From assembly GCA_046705025.1 (NCBI GenBank), contig JBJKQU010000049.1, positions 17,073-81,072 on the forward strand: a DNA stretch of 64,000 nt. Direction: 5' to 3'. Positions 29,783-39,601 of this stretch are shown here, in pieces. The DNA is from Candidatus Kryptoniota bacterium. Its GTDB lineage: Bacteria; Bacteroidota; Ignavibacteria; Kryptoniales; JAKASW01. Position 1 is the stretch's first letter; each line of letters opens with the position of its first letter. The notes below the pieces were generated by a model. It ran no database searches, was not told the origin of the DNA, and saw only the letters and a program-made list of their open reading frames with translations. The position numbers and the translations under genes were made by a program.

Positions 29783-32112
29783 GAATAGACAAGGCGCTGC
29801 AAAAGGCGAAAGCTGTCATCACGGTTTCATCTTCACTGAAGGTTGAACGAACCGTTGCCGACAGTATTCTCTCTTTTGCTCCCACAGCGAGGAGGATGGA
29901 CCTGCCGGACACTGTGAAGATCGAGAGTCCGTATGTCCAGGTTGGAGTCTTACGGGAAAAGGCACTCCAGAGCAAGTTCAGCGTTGCTTCCTCAACCGAG
30001 GAGCGTTGGGGATTCGTCAGAATCGACGGGCAGGCAAACGTGGAAATTTACGCCAGCGTCCCGAGTCTGCTGTATTTCGTCTTCTCGCGGTTAACGGAAG
30101 ACTGGGCCGGCAGAGATACCGATGAGTTCAGAACGGGGCGCTTTCTTCATCCTACGTTTAGGAAACAGCGTCCTATTTACGATTTGTTCTTGACTCAACA
30201 CGCCCGTAGCGTAGAGGGATTTGATCGGCCCTCATATTTCCGGACGCTTGCGCGGCTGGGCTATAGTGATGCTGAGGTGAACGGACTCGCGTTCCCGGTG
30301 CCCCTGGGAAAAGGGCCGAAGGACGAAGTCTACGTTCGCTTTTACACGTACTGTCCGTCATTGGATCAGTTCGTTTCCAGTAAGTTGAATGCCGGAACAT
30401 ACGATGATGAGTACCTGCAGGCAAACCTGAACTACTTGAAGACGAATGCCGAATTGGCGGAAAAATACGGGCTGACCCCGGGAATCGTGTGCTTTGAGCC
30501 TCGGTCCGTGCCAGAATCCCTTATCCAGAGATATCCGATGCTTCGAGGGGCACGTGTTGACCACCCCATGCGAAGTTTCGAACCGCGCTACAATCTCTCG
30601 CTGGGCCATCCGGTCGTCAGAGATCATTACGCGGAAATGATGAGTAACTTGATGAAGGCCGTCCCGGGCCTTGGCTATATGTCCATTTGGTCGAATGACA
30701 GTGGTGCCGGATTCGAATACACCAACTCTCTGTATGTCGGAAGGAACGGCGGAGGATATATAGTACGCGAATGGCTGGGCGACACGGAAATAGAAGGTGC
30801 GGCGGCGAATAACATAGTTCGATTCATGAAGCTCCTGAGAGACGCTGCAAGAGCGACAAACCCCGAGTTCCGTGTCCTTTTGAGAATGGAGCCGTTCTGG
30901 GTTGAGCATGAGCATATACTACGTGGACTTGAGGAGGGCCTTGATCTCGAGGTCTCGTCGCTGCAGGGAAAGGGTTGGGGACTCTCCTACAACCATCCGA
31001 GATTCAGTGATCAGGTGCAGATACACACGACCGCTCTTCACAACAGGTTCAGCGAGAAGGAGAAGCCTCTGCTTGACGGTCTCGCGAAGAAGGGGATAAA
31101 CGCTGATGTCGTGAGTGCGCCAGGAGTCATATGGAATCACGAGCCGCTAATTGGAATTCCGTTCCCGTATCTGGTATTCGACAAACTGGCCGATTTTCGG
31201 CGTAACGGGGTGAAGAATGCAGGTATTCTCGGCGGAGCGGTCCCTGAAGAATTCGCCCCATATAACATCGATCAAGAACTAATCCGTGCTTTTCAGGCTG
31301 ATGGTGAACTCAACCTTGACGAGTTCCTTGCCGGAAAGGCGGAGCAATGGGCCGGTGAGGTATCGTCTGCAGCGCTCGAAGCATGGAGGAATATAGATGA
31401 AGCTGTACGGTCGTTTCCTATACCCGCATGGATTTATGCTGCATGGGGAGTTTGGTACAGGTTGGCCGTCAGGCCGATCGTTCCGAATATTGACGCTATC
31501 CCCGAACACGACCGGCGATATTACGAGCGGTTCTTGCTCGCAACTCCACACAACCGTTGCAGGGTCGATTTCCGGTATGATGTGGGGTTTGATCTCCTCT
31601 CCCCGGCGAAGGCCTGGCGAGCGTTCGAATTTATCGATGGGCAGGTTCTCCCGCCGATTGACAAGGCATTAGATGCACTGCAGCAGGCTAAGGGAATAGC
31701 TACGGGAAGCAAGGCGCTCGATTTCGTGGCAGACTTGACGGATCGGGCAAGGGCCTTCCGCTCGTGGATCCAGACACAACGAAACGTGACCGCATGGGTT
31801 GCGGGAGTCCACACTTATCTCGAGTCTTCGGAACCCGACAAGAAAACCGAAAGTAGAAATCTTCTGCGAGATGTAGTCCTCTCCGAGATCAGCAATACAC
31901 GTGATCTCCTCGATCTTTGGAACAACTCGCATGTAAGGTGGATGATCGTGTCCGGGGTGGGCGAGACGACATTCATCTACTATAAGAATTTCGGGGCTCT
32001 CCTGGCCAAGAAGATTGCTCTTATGAGTGGTCGTGAAAACGACGTGCCATATGTTGATCCTGAATACCAATGGCGATTGTCCGGTTTTGATTTCTCCGGA
32101 ATCGAGGAGTGA
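29779..32112 (+). CDS. large conserved hypothetical, glycosidase-like, cytoplasmic copy (paralogue of 45318..47651)
   Basis: 777 aa with an ATGA overlap with the upstream gene and no signal peptide. It shares the blocks LRGARVDHP, NLMKAVP, WSNDSG, GRNGG and NDVPY with the second 777-aa ORF. Confidence 0.8.
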   Translation: MRIDKALQKAKAVITVSSSLKVERTVADSILSFAPTARRMDLPDTVKIESPYVQVGVLREKALQSKFSVASSTEERWGFVRIDGQANVEIYASVPSLLYFVFSRLTEDWAGRDTDEFRTGRFLHPTFRKQRPIYDLFLTQHARSVEGFDRPSYFRTLARLGYSDAEVNGLAFPVPLGKGPKDEVYVRFYTYCPSLDQFVSSKLNAGTYDDEYLQANLNYLKTNAELAEKYGLTPGIVCFEPRSVPESLIQRYPMLRGARVDHPMRSFEPRYNLSLGHPVVRDHYAEMMSNLMKAVPGLGYMSIWSNDSGAGFEYTNSLYVGRNGGGYIVREWLGDTEIEGAAANNIVRFMKLLRDAARATNPEFRVLLRMEPFWVEHEHILRGLEEGLDLEVSSLQGKGWGLSYNHPRFSDQVQIHTTALHNRFSEKEKPLLDGLAKKGINADVVSAPGVIWNHEPLIGIPFPYLVFDKLADFRRNGVKNAGILGGAVPEEFAPYNIDQELIRAFQADGELNLDEFLAGKAEQWAGEVSSAALEAWRNIDEAVRSFPIPAWIYAAWGVWYRLAVRPIVPNIDAIPEHDRRYYERFLLATPHNRCRVDFRYDVGFDLLSPAKAWRAFEFIDGQVLPPIDKALDALQQAKGIATGSKALDFVADLTDRARAFRSWIQTQRNVTAWVAGVHTYLESSEPDKKTESRNLLRDVVLSEISNTRDLLDLWNNSHVRWMIVSGVGETTFIYYKNFGALLAKKIALMSGRENDVPYVDPEYQWRLSGFDFSGIEE

Positions 32113-32191
32113 GCGAGTTGGGAAGCGGCTCTTCCGCTTTGGCAAAGGATACGGCATCTTCCCGGCGGCGGCAAAAAAGTAAGTCCGCCTC

Positions 32192-32220
32192 TTGACAAAG
32201 AAGTTCCAATGTAGTAACAT
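32192..32220 (+). promoter_or_regulatory. candidate sigma70-like promoter heading a ~570-nt leader of the TonB receptor
   Basis: TTGACA (32192-32197), a 17-nt spacer, then TAACAT (32215-32220). Confidence 0.3.
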
Positions 32221-32787
32221 AGCAAAAGATAAAACAGTGTTTCATTAGCAAAACACCATTTGAGTTAAGTGCTGGAGCGTAACTTGATTCGGACCATATC
32301 CATGTGGTGCGCGGTTTGAACCTTTACCAGAATCTGTCAGTGATTGTCTTGCAAACCCGCACGATCTTCCTTTCGTATGAGATCTCTCCTCTAAACCCAA
32401 CTTATTACTCTGAACCTTTCGGGTTCGGGTGTTTTAGCGGGAAGAAAGCAAGAATTTTACTGAAATCTCAGTTCAGAACGCCTCGAATCTGATCTGAGTG
32501 CATCTGTATCGCGATCGCATTGCGAGAACGGCGATGTGAGTGAGGTGGCGAAGCTCTGCCACGCGCTCGAAACACGGAATTATTGAAGGTGCTATCGCGT
32601 TGTAGGTCTCATGCCTGTCAACGCAATTTTGCACGGATACTAAAAGCAAGTCTTGAAAAGAGAGGAAAGAGAGGTGATTTGTTTCTACCGTGATTCCACA
32701 AGCTGACTCGCGTCTTGACCCGATGCAAGTCTCCAACCATTAAGAAGTTCAGGTGAACATCAAGCTCATCAATTAAGGAGGACCCTT

Positions 32788-35751
32788 ATGAGGTGCTTTT
32801 TTAAGACGTTATTGGCATTTCTAGCGCTTGCCATGGTGACGACCTCTGCTTTTGCAGCCAGCGGTAAACTCACCGGCAAGGTAGTAGATGCAAAAACCAG
32901 CCAACCAATTGTTGGTGCAAGTGTGCGCATCGACAATACTCAGCTTGGAGCTGCAGTTGGTATCGACGGCACATATAATATCCTCAACATTTCGCCCGGA
33001 ACCTATAACGTCACGGTCACGGGCGTAGGCTATACCAAGACAACTGTACGTGGTGTGGTAATCAATACAAACATCACGACTTATCAGAATTTCAAGGTTG
33101 AACCGGCCTCGGTAGGACTACCGGAAGTCGTCGTCGAGGCCCCCAAGAAGCTGATTGACATTACCCAGACGACCGGTAGGTCGATCATGACATCGAGCCA
33201 GATTCAGGCTCTTCCTGCCGCGAATCTGAAAGAGATCATGGCGACATCTCCGAGTGCGTACAATGGGTATGTACGCGGCGGCAAGCGCTTTGAAACGGCT
33301 TACATCGTAGATGGAATCGACCTTTCGGATATGACTTTCGAACAGGCCAACGCCGCAAACGGACTATTTACAAGATACCTCGGCGTGAACCTCAGTTTCA
33401 GACAAAGCGGAAATTTGGCCGACATCGGTTCAGACGCTTTGCAGGAGGTGTCAGTCAATACTGCATCGGACTTGCAGTACGCTCCCGCCAGTGCGGGCGT
33501 GGTGAACATGACTCTAAAAGAAGGTACCGGCAGGATCACAGGGCAAGCTACCGTTAAATATGCCTCCGCTCTTAATGCTGCCGGTCCGAATGTTTACACC
33601 GGTCTTCTTCCGGATGGAACAACGCCGGAGTCTAAGTACCTTGATGAAAGAGCCGCGCTCATGTCCGCCGGTAATTCATCCAAAGCCGACAGGTACACTT
33701 GGACACCCAATGAATACTGGTATGGCAACAAGCCTACCACCAATGCGCAATTTAACATCGGCGGTGGGATCACAAACAATCTCGGTTTCATGGTGGATGC
33801 CAAGTACATAAACAGTTATGGTGAATACCCCAACGATTTCAACCGCTCACTCGATGCGACGGCGACAGTGGACTGGTCGATCGAGCCGACCCTGAAGCTG
33901 ACAGCCATAGGTATTCTCTCGGACGAAGGATACTTCCTTGGATGGAGAAACAGCATGTACAACGAAAACTTCAAGTTCTTCCTTCAGGGTGTACCAAGAT
34001 ATGCTATGGGCACGGCGGCCGGAAGCGTGAAGCTCACGAATACTCTTTCCAACAAGACCTATTACGACGCTCAGCTCTCCTACACCGACAGTCCGGATGA
34101 AGTAGGCTTCATAACGAGCAACGGGCAGATTAATCCGATCGGTGCCACTACCGGAAGCTTCATTACCTTTGGGACTCCTGAACAGTTGAAGCAATATATC
34201 AGCGATATAAATCTTTCGAAATTTTTCTCGCTGGTTCCACAGAATGAGACTCTTTCAGAGGCATCATTCCCGTCTAGCGGCCCATACAAACTGAACAGGC
34301 CAGGAGCCTATTACGAAAATCAGGACGTACAACAGTATAACTTAAGAGCGAACATCAACAGCCAGATAAATCCTCATCACCTGCTCAGCGGCGGATTCAA
34401 TATCCAGATGTACAACTACCACAACCTGCGACGGTTCTCTCCTAGCGGGTATTTGGACACAGAAGACTACACAGTTCATCCGCAGGAATACGGAATTTAC
34501 GTTCAGGACAGGATGAACTATTCCGGGGTGATAGTGAATGCCGGCCTGCGTGTTGACGGCTGGGACGCGGGTGCCAAGGGAATCAACAATTTCTTCGCTC
34601 CTTACACACTTGTTCCGGACAGTGAAGTATTTGGCGGCGTCAATACCAACGGCACCCCTGAGGTTGTCCATTTCAACAACATGGTTGTGAACCGGACCAG
34701 GAAGATTCCTGTGAAGTGGCTTTTGGAGCCGCAGATAGGACTTTCCCATCCTATTTCCGACAGGGCTTCGATGTACTATTCGTTCTCACGGACAATGCAG
34801 CCACTTCCTTTTTCTGCTTTATACGGTATTTCTTACACGGAGTTCCACACTTCACTTCCTAATGTGACAGAAGTGGGACAAGATCCCATGCAGTCGACCA
34901 ACTATGAGATGGGCTTTCAATATGCCGTTTCAACATACTTTGGTATCAATTTGAGTGCTTACTACAGGACCATACAGAACTACAATCAGATGGCTTACGA
35001 GATTGTTCCGCGATCAGGAATCGCTTCCACGTATTACCTGTATTTCTACGGTGGCAACGCCGATGCGCGCGGTGTCGAACTGACTCTTCGGAGCAGCGCT
35101 CTTCCGCTTGCGAATACTTTGAGACTAACCGGTGTCTTGACATACTCATACAGTTACGTCCGGGCACTGGCCGGCGGAACCCCGTTAAGAGGCCAAAACA
35201 ATTTTGCCTTCTTTACCACCGCTGGAGATAGTGCTAAATATGCGGGCGGACTTCCATTCGGTAATGCGAACTATATGGCCGGATTTGAGCAGCCGATCCT
35301 TGGATCGAACTCTTCCAGCTTTGGAGGTTATGACCGGCCCAATCGGCTCACGCTTATATTGAACTTCGACTGGATGAGGCCTTTCAAGTCAGTGCCAGTG
35401 GATTTCCACTTCAATACGTTTTCGACTTTCGAAAGCGGATTCTTATATCCGATAACCATAGCCAATCCGAGGTCAAGGAAAATCGGGACCGCCCCGTATG
35501 ATCTCAGGACCGACATGCGATTAGAAGCTGACATTACTGCAGGAGTATTGAGAATCGCCCCGTTTGTCGAGGTGCTCAATCTCTTCAACAGGCTCAATGT
35601 CATGGCGTACGACAATAGCACTCAGGGCCAACTCTTGTGGGAAGAGAAAGGAATTCCCACAGGTCCTTATGACCAGGTGGTCCTGCCCGATGGTACGCCC
35701 GTTTATGACACAGGTCGCACGGTATACTTCGGCGTGTCGGTTGACTTCTGA
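32788..35751 (+). CDS. TonB-dependent outer-membrane receptor with carboxypeptidase-regulatory-like N-domain
   Basis: 987 aa with a signal peptide, GKVVDAKTSQPIVGASVRI...DGTYNI and a plug block (FETAYIVDGIDLSD). The terminal residue is Phe. AAGGAGG RBS. Confidence 0.9.
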   Translation: MRCFFKTLLAFLALAMVTTSAFAASGKLTGKVVDAKTSQPIVGASVRIDNTQLGAAVGIDGTYNILNISPGTYNVTVTGVGYTKTTVRGVVINTNITTYQNFKVEPASVGLPEVVVEAPKKLIDITQTTGRSIMTSSQIQALPAANLKEIMATSPSAYNGYVRGGKRFETAYIVDGIDLSDMTFEQANAANGLFTRYLGVNLSFRQSGNLADIGSDALQEVSVNTASDLQYAPASAGVVNMTLKEGTGRITGQATVKYASALNAAGPNVYTGLLPDGTTPESKYLDERAALMSAGNSSKADRYTWTPNEYWYGNKPTTNAQFNIGGGITNNLGFMVDAKYINSYGEYPNDFNRSLDATATVDWSIEPTLKLTAIGILSDEGYFLGWRNSMYNENFKFFLQGVPRYAMGTAAGSVKLTNTLSNKTYYDAQLSYTDSPDEVGFITSNGQINPIGATTGSFITFGTPEQLKQYISDINLSKFFSLVPQNETLSEASFPSSGPYKLNRPGAYYENQDVQQYNLRANINSQINPHHLLSGGFNIQMYNYHNLRRFSPSGYLDTEDYTVHPQEYGIYVQDRMNYSGVIVNAGLRVDGWDAGAKGINNFFAPYTLVPDSEVFGGVNTNGTPEVVHFNNMVVNRTRKIPVKWLLEPQIGLSHPISDRASMYYSFSRTMQPLPFSALYGISYTEFHTSLPNVTEVGQDPMQSTNYEMGFQYAVSTYFGINLSAYYRTIQNYNQMAYEIVPRSGIASTYYLYFYGGNADARGVELTLRSSALPLANTLRLTGVLTYSYSYVRALAGGTPLRGQNNFAFFTTAGDSAKYAGGLPFGNANYMAGFEQPILGSNSSSFGGYDRPNRLTLILNFDWMRPFKSVPVDFHFNTFSTFESGFLYPITIANPRSRKIGTAPYDLRTDMRLEADITAGVLRIAPFVEVLNLFNRLNVMAYDNSTQGQLLWEEKGIPTGPYDQVVLPDGTPVYDTGRTVYFGVSVDF

Positions 35752-35789
35752 TGCTACGTTTTGCAACCAAATTTTTAGGAGATAAGAAT

Positions 35790-38306
35790 ATGCGAAAGCT
35801 TCTATTCATGAGTTTGTGTATAAGCTTTGTGGCATCTGTTTCCTATGGTCAGGTAAGAATCCGCGATCGAGCACTCGCTATGCAAACGCGGCCTGCTGTA
35901 GTTAACAATGTCTTCCCAAATACAGCCGAAATGATTGCAGGGAACCTTTGGGATTCTTTCATGCCTGCTTCAACAGGCGTTATTTACTACGAAGTCGCGA
36001 ATAACCCAAACAGGTTGTTCGATCTGGTTGACGGCGGAAACTTCGACAGAAACTGGACCGTGCCCACTTTCATGTGGCCCGGCGGCTTCCCGTTCAACTA
36101 TGCCTGGGACGATGAGTACAACTGCGTTGAATACTCTCCTAACATAAATCCCACAAAGCAGTTGAGCTCCAGCCCTGACTATGCTACGATGATATACACA
36201 TCTTCAATCGATTCCCTGTGGCAGGCCCGCCTCGGGATGCACTCATATGTAATCGGTCCGGAGTGGATTAACCCGGACGGTACTCCGGATCCGAACGGAA
36301 CAAAGCGATATGAGCTGTACTACGAAGCCGGTTTCCCGACGAACCTCGGAATCTGGGTGACATTTCGCGCAATTGAATACACCCAGCCGTGGGACAACTT
36401 CAACGACTTCATCATCGTCGGCTTCACCTTCACTAATTATGGTCTCCTGGACGTTTTGGCGGACGGCCACCCGACTTCCACGGACAACAAGATCAACGCC
36501 TTAACGCTCGGATGGTTCTTCAGTGATCTGGGCGCTCTTGAAACCAGCACATCTGGAGGCAGAGGTCCAGGATTTGGCAATTCACGAATGTCCGGTTTCA
36601 TCGCCAACAATGATCCGAACGGCAATCCGTGGGACACTCAAGTTGACTACGCGGGCGTGAACCCGGCCAACTATCCGAGCTATCCCGGTCCGAATTCCAG
36701 CGTGCCGCCGGGAAAGCGTGACATGGGATTGAATTCCTCGGTCTTTGGAAATTACTCGGATGTCTGGTGTGGCAGAACCTGGCTTGGCGTGAAAGCGGAT
36801 TCTCTCGGCCTCTATTCCGCTCCGGATGCAAAGACGATCTACGGAACGGACGGTGTCGGTATCGGGCCGCAGCGTGGATGGTACACCTCCAGCGGAACAG
36901 GCGTGGGGGGCTTGGAAAATCAGCTCGATGCTGCTTCAATGCACACTATCTTCATGGGCGAGTTTTACAAGGATGGCGGTTTTGACGGCGATGCCAGCAA
37001 GCTCAACCTGGCACCTAACCCGAATTTCTTCCAGTCGGGCACTTCAGGCGCCCCGTTGAGTTTTGTCCCCAAGGCAAATCCTGGACAGCCCACCGGCGAC
37101 ATGAAGAGCCCGAACAATACTGATTACAACAAACTGAGCAACGTTTGGGACCAGGGAATAAACGGTTGGACGCAAGGATATACAGCTACCACAAATTTTG
37201 ACGGCGACTCCTTTGTCGGCTGTGGGCCGTTCTCTATACCGGTCGGCAAGTCAATCACCGTGGTCGGTGCGGAATACGCCGGCTTCAGATTGGCAGGACT
37301 TGAGCAGTCACTTGAAGCTGCCCGTTATGCCTGGGAGAACGGCGGAGTACCGGTTGCTCCCGGTGCGCCGGACATGACAACCAAGATTACTTCGCCCGAT
37401 AACAAGGTCCTGGTAGAATGGTCGAAATCGGACGGAGAATCCAACGCAGACTTCGGCGGTTATAAGATATATCGAGCGAGTGCGTTCCCGCAATTTAGCT
37501 CCGTTCAGGAAGGCTACGGCCTGACCACAATGCAGCACTACATGGACCAGATGACGCCCGGCCCGATCGACACGACGAAGTATGCCGATCCTATCAATCC
37601 GCAGTTTGATGCAACTAGCGAGTTGAATCCTATGCAGGCCGGTTATTGGGGACCCTGGCAGATCTTAGCTGTCATCCCGAAGGACTCGCTTCAAGCATAC
37701 GTGCATCCCGACGGCAATTATACCTATGCATACAAGGATAACTCGCTTGACGTACTGCTGGGCTTTTCATACTGGTATTACGTCTCGGCCTATTACAGTT
37801 TGTCATCACCTCTGACAATCAATGGACAGACTACGAGTCATCTCGAATCTGGAAGAGTGAATGAGAATGGCGCTACCGGCCTTTGGGAAGGAACATTTCC
37901 ATGGGCAACTCAGAATAGCTACTATCCAACGACCGTCGCCGGACAAAAAGCGATCGGTGCAACTGTGGTGGTCCAATCACCACCGATCAGCACGCAATCG
38001 CTTGCAAACGGATCGGTTCATGTCGGGGTGAAACCCAACCCGTACAAAAAAGAGGCGTTCTTTGATGTCGGCCTCGAACATAAGATCATGTTCTTCAACT
38101 TGCCCAGCCAATGCACGATTACAATCCTGGACGTTTCCGGACAGATCATCGACCAGATTCATTACACGTCGCCGAGTCCGACAAACGGTACCTTCTTCTG
38201 GGATATGTACTCGAAGGATGGGCAGGAGGTCGCCAACGGACTGTACATCTATGTAGTACAGTATAGCGGCGGTCAACAGACCGGCTATTTCTCGATCTTA
38301 AGGTAA
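35790..38306 (+). CDS. secreted protein with Fn3-like region and T9SS C-terminal sorting domain
   Basis: The ORF is open from 35751 (TGATG overlap with the receptor stop). AGGAG 9 nt before the ATG at 35790 favours MRKLLFMSLCISFVASVSYGQ as the signal peptide. The C-terminus (ITILDVSGQII...NGTFFWDMYSKDGQEVANGLYIYVVQ...GYFSILR) looks like a T9SS type-A CTD. Confidence 0.8.
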   Translation: MRKLLFMSLCISFVASVSYGQVRIRDRALAMQTRPAVVNNVFPNTAEMIAGNLWDSFMPASTGVIYYEVANNPNRLFDLVDGGNFDRNWTVPTFMWPGGFPFNYAWDDEYNCVEYSPNINPTKQLSSSPDYATMIYTSSIDSLWQARLGMHSYVIGPEWINPDGTPDPNGTKRYELYYEAGFPTNLGIWVTFRAIEYTQPWDNFNDFIIVGFTFTNYGLLDVLADGHPTSTDNKINALTLGWFFSDLGALETSTSGGRGPGFGNSRMSGFIANNDPNGNPWDTQVDYAGVNPANYPSYPGPNSSVPPGKRDMGLNSSVFGNYSDVWCGRTWLGVKADSLGLYSAPDAKTIYGTDGVGIGPQRGWYTSSGTGVGGLENQLDAASMHTIFMGEFYKDGGFDGDASKLNLAPNPNFFQSGTSGAPLSFVPKANPGQPTGDMKSPNNTDYNKLSNVWDQGINGWTQGYTATTNFDGDSFVGCGPFSIPVGKSITVVGAEYAGFRLAGLEQSLEAARYAWENGGVPVAPGAPDMTTKITSPDNKVLVEWSKSDGESNADFGGYKIYRASAFPQFSSVQEGYGLTTMQHYMDQMTPGPIDTTKYADPINPQFDATSELNPMQAGYWGPWQILAVIPKDSLQAYVHPDGNYTYAYKDNSLDVLLGFSYWYYVSAYYSLSSPLTINGQTTSHLESGRVNENGATGLWEGTFPWATQNSYYPTTVAGQKAIGATVVVQSPPISTQSLANGSVHVGVKPNPYKKEAFFDVGLEHKIMFFNLPSQCTITILDVSGQIIDQIHYTSPSPTNGTFFWDMYSKDGQEVANGLYIYVVQYSGGQQTGYFSILR

Positions 38307-38331
38307 CGCCAAACACAGAGGAGTTTAAACT

Positions 38332-39336
38332 ATGAAAAAGTTAGCAGTAGTAACTCTGATGTCAATGTTGTACGCTGTGACGGGTTACGGTCAAGTCGCG
38401 AAGTCCGGCCTGAACGCATTGGCATTCTTAAATATCGGTATAGGTGCAAAGCAAGTTGCACTTGGATCCGCGGTCACAACCTTGACGGGTGACCCGAATC
38501 AGATCTTCTGGAACCCGGCTGGCATAGTAGACGAGTCTGCACCTATCGCAGCCAGCGTTTCTTACAATAGCTGGCTCCTCGGCCTCAACCAGGAGTCCGG
38601 AGTCATTACCTACGGCATGGGAGAGATGGGAACCTTCGGGGTAGGTTTCACAAGCTTCGGCGTGAACAACATTCCCGCCGACAGAGACCTTCTACCGGCC
38701 AACCTGTCCAATCTGCAAATCGATCACAATACATCTTCGACTTATAACTATAGAGACATGGCGCTGATCTTGTCTTACGCAAGGCATGTCACCGACGTTC
38801 TTTCCCTGGGTGTAAATGTGAAGTGGCTGAATGAAACGATCGACAACATGTCCGCAAATGCGTTCGCCATCGACATAGGTTCCGACTATCGGATAACCAA
38901 CTTCTGGGATGTCGGCGCGCGGCTGGTCAACCTCGGCTCAGATATCAAATACTATGATATCTCCTCGCCGATTCCGTTGACGTTCTCGGTCGGCACGTCG
39001 TTCCACCACAGCTTCTCGGATGCCCTGGCGGGTGCCCTTGATGTCGACGTCGTCCAGCCGCAGGATCTGGGTCAACTCATCTACACCGGGCTCGACATCA
39101 ACCTGGTGAAAGCAATCGACCTGAGAGGCGGCTACAAGTTCAATTACTCGGGCGCGAAAGATGCCGGAACATCGACCAGAGGACCGATCTCAACGACGAT
39201 CGAAGGTTTCTCTGCTGGAGTCGGTGCCCATGTGAATCTTTCGAGTTACCGGTTGAGCTTCGACTACTCGTTTACTCAGATGAGCATACTCAACAATGTG
39301 CATCAATTTACACTGAGCTTTAACTGGGGTAAGTAA
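38332..39336 (+). CDS. PorV/PorQ-family outer-membrane beta-barrel protein
   Basis: 334 aa with a signal peptide. The N-terminal block AFLNIGIGAKQVALGSAVTTLTGDPNQIFWNPAGI matches the PorV/FadL-like signature (...NPAG...). The protein shows alternating beta-strand character. Confidence 0.65.
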   Translation: MKKLAVVTLMSMLYAVTGYGQVAKSGLNALAFLNIGIGAKQVALGSAVTTLTGDPNQIFWNPAGIVDESAPIAASVSYNSWLLGLNQESGVITYGMGEMGTFGVGFTSFGVNNIPADRDLLPANLSNLQIDHNTSSTYNYRDMALILSYARHVTDVLSLGVNVKWLNETIDNMSANAFAIDIGSDYRITNFWDVGARLVNLGSDIKYYDISSPIPLTFSVGTSFHHSFSDALAGALDVDVVQPQDLGQLIYTGLDINLVKAIDLRGGYKFNYSGAKDAGTSTRGPISTTIEGFSAGVGAHVNLSSYRLSFDYSFTQMSILNNVHQFTLSFNWGK

Positions 39337-39347
39337 ACAGCCAGCAT

Positions 39348-39389
39348 AAAGTGCCCCGTCGCCTCTTGGCGGGGCACTTTTATTTCTTT
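39348..39389 (+). terminator. rho-independent terminator
   Basis: An 11-bp stem, AAAGTGCCCCG (39348-39358) / CGGGGCACTTT (39370-39380), has a small apical extension and is followed by TATTTCTTT. Confidence 0.75.
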
Positions 39390-39601
39390 GGAAGAAAACG
39401 ACGCGATACAAGAAAGCAATGACCGGCGCGCCATTAGAGCACTTCGAAATGCATCTGGTTGGTCTTCCCAGTTCTTCAGAACAATCGCAATATTTGTCAA
39501 CATTTCCCAACTTCCAAACTCCCATTTCATACTATGAGCGGTCGCGGCAAATTTGTCCGCCCGGTAACCGGTGAGACTGAAAAGGCAGGACTTGGCGCAG
39601 A

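Noticed and set aside
32604-32616. Partial match to the cobalamin-riboswitch B12 box (reverse complement AGGCATGAGACCT) upstream of the TonB receptor
   Set aside because: The match is on the wrong strand relative to the receptor, has several mismatches to the B12-box consensus, and lacks the rest of the riboswitch core (GGTGAAA / GCCACTG elements).
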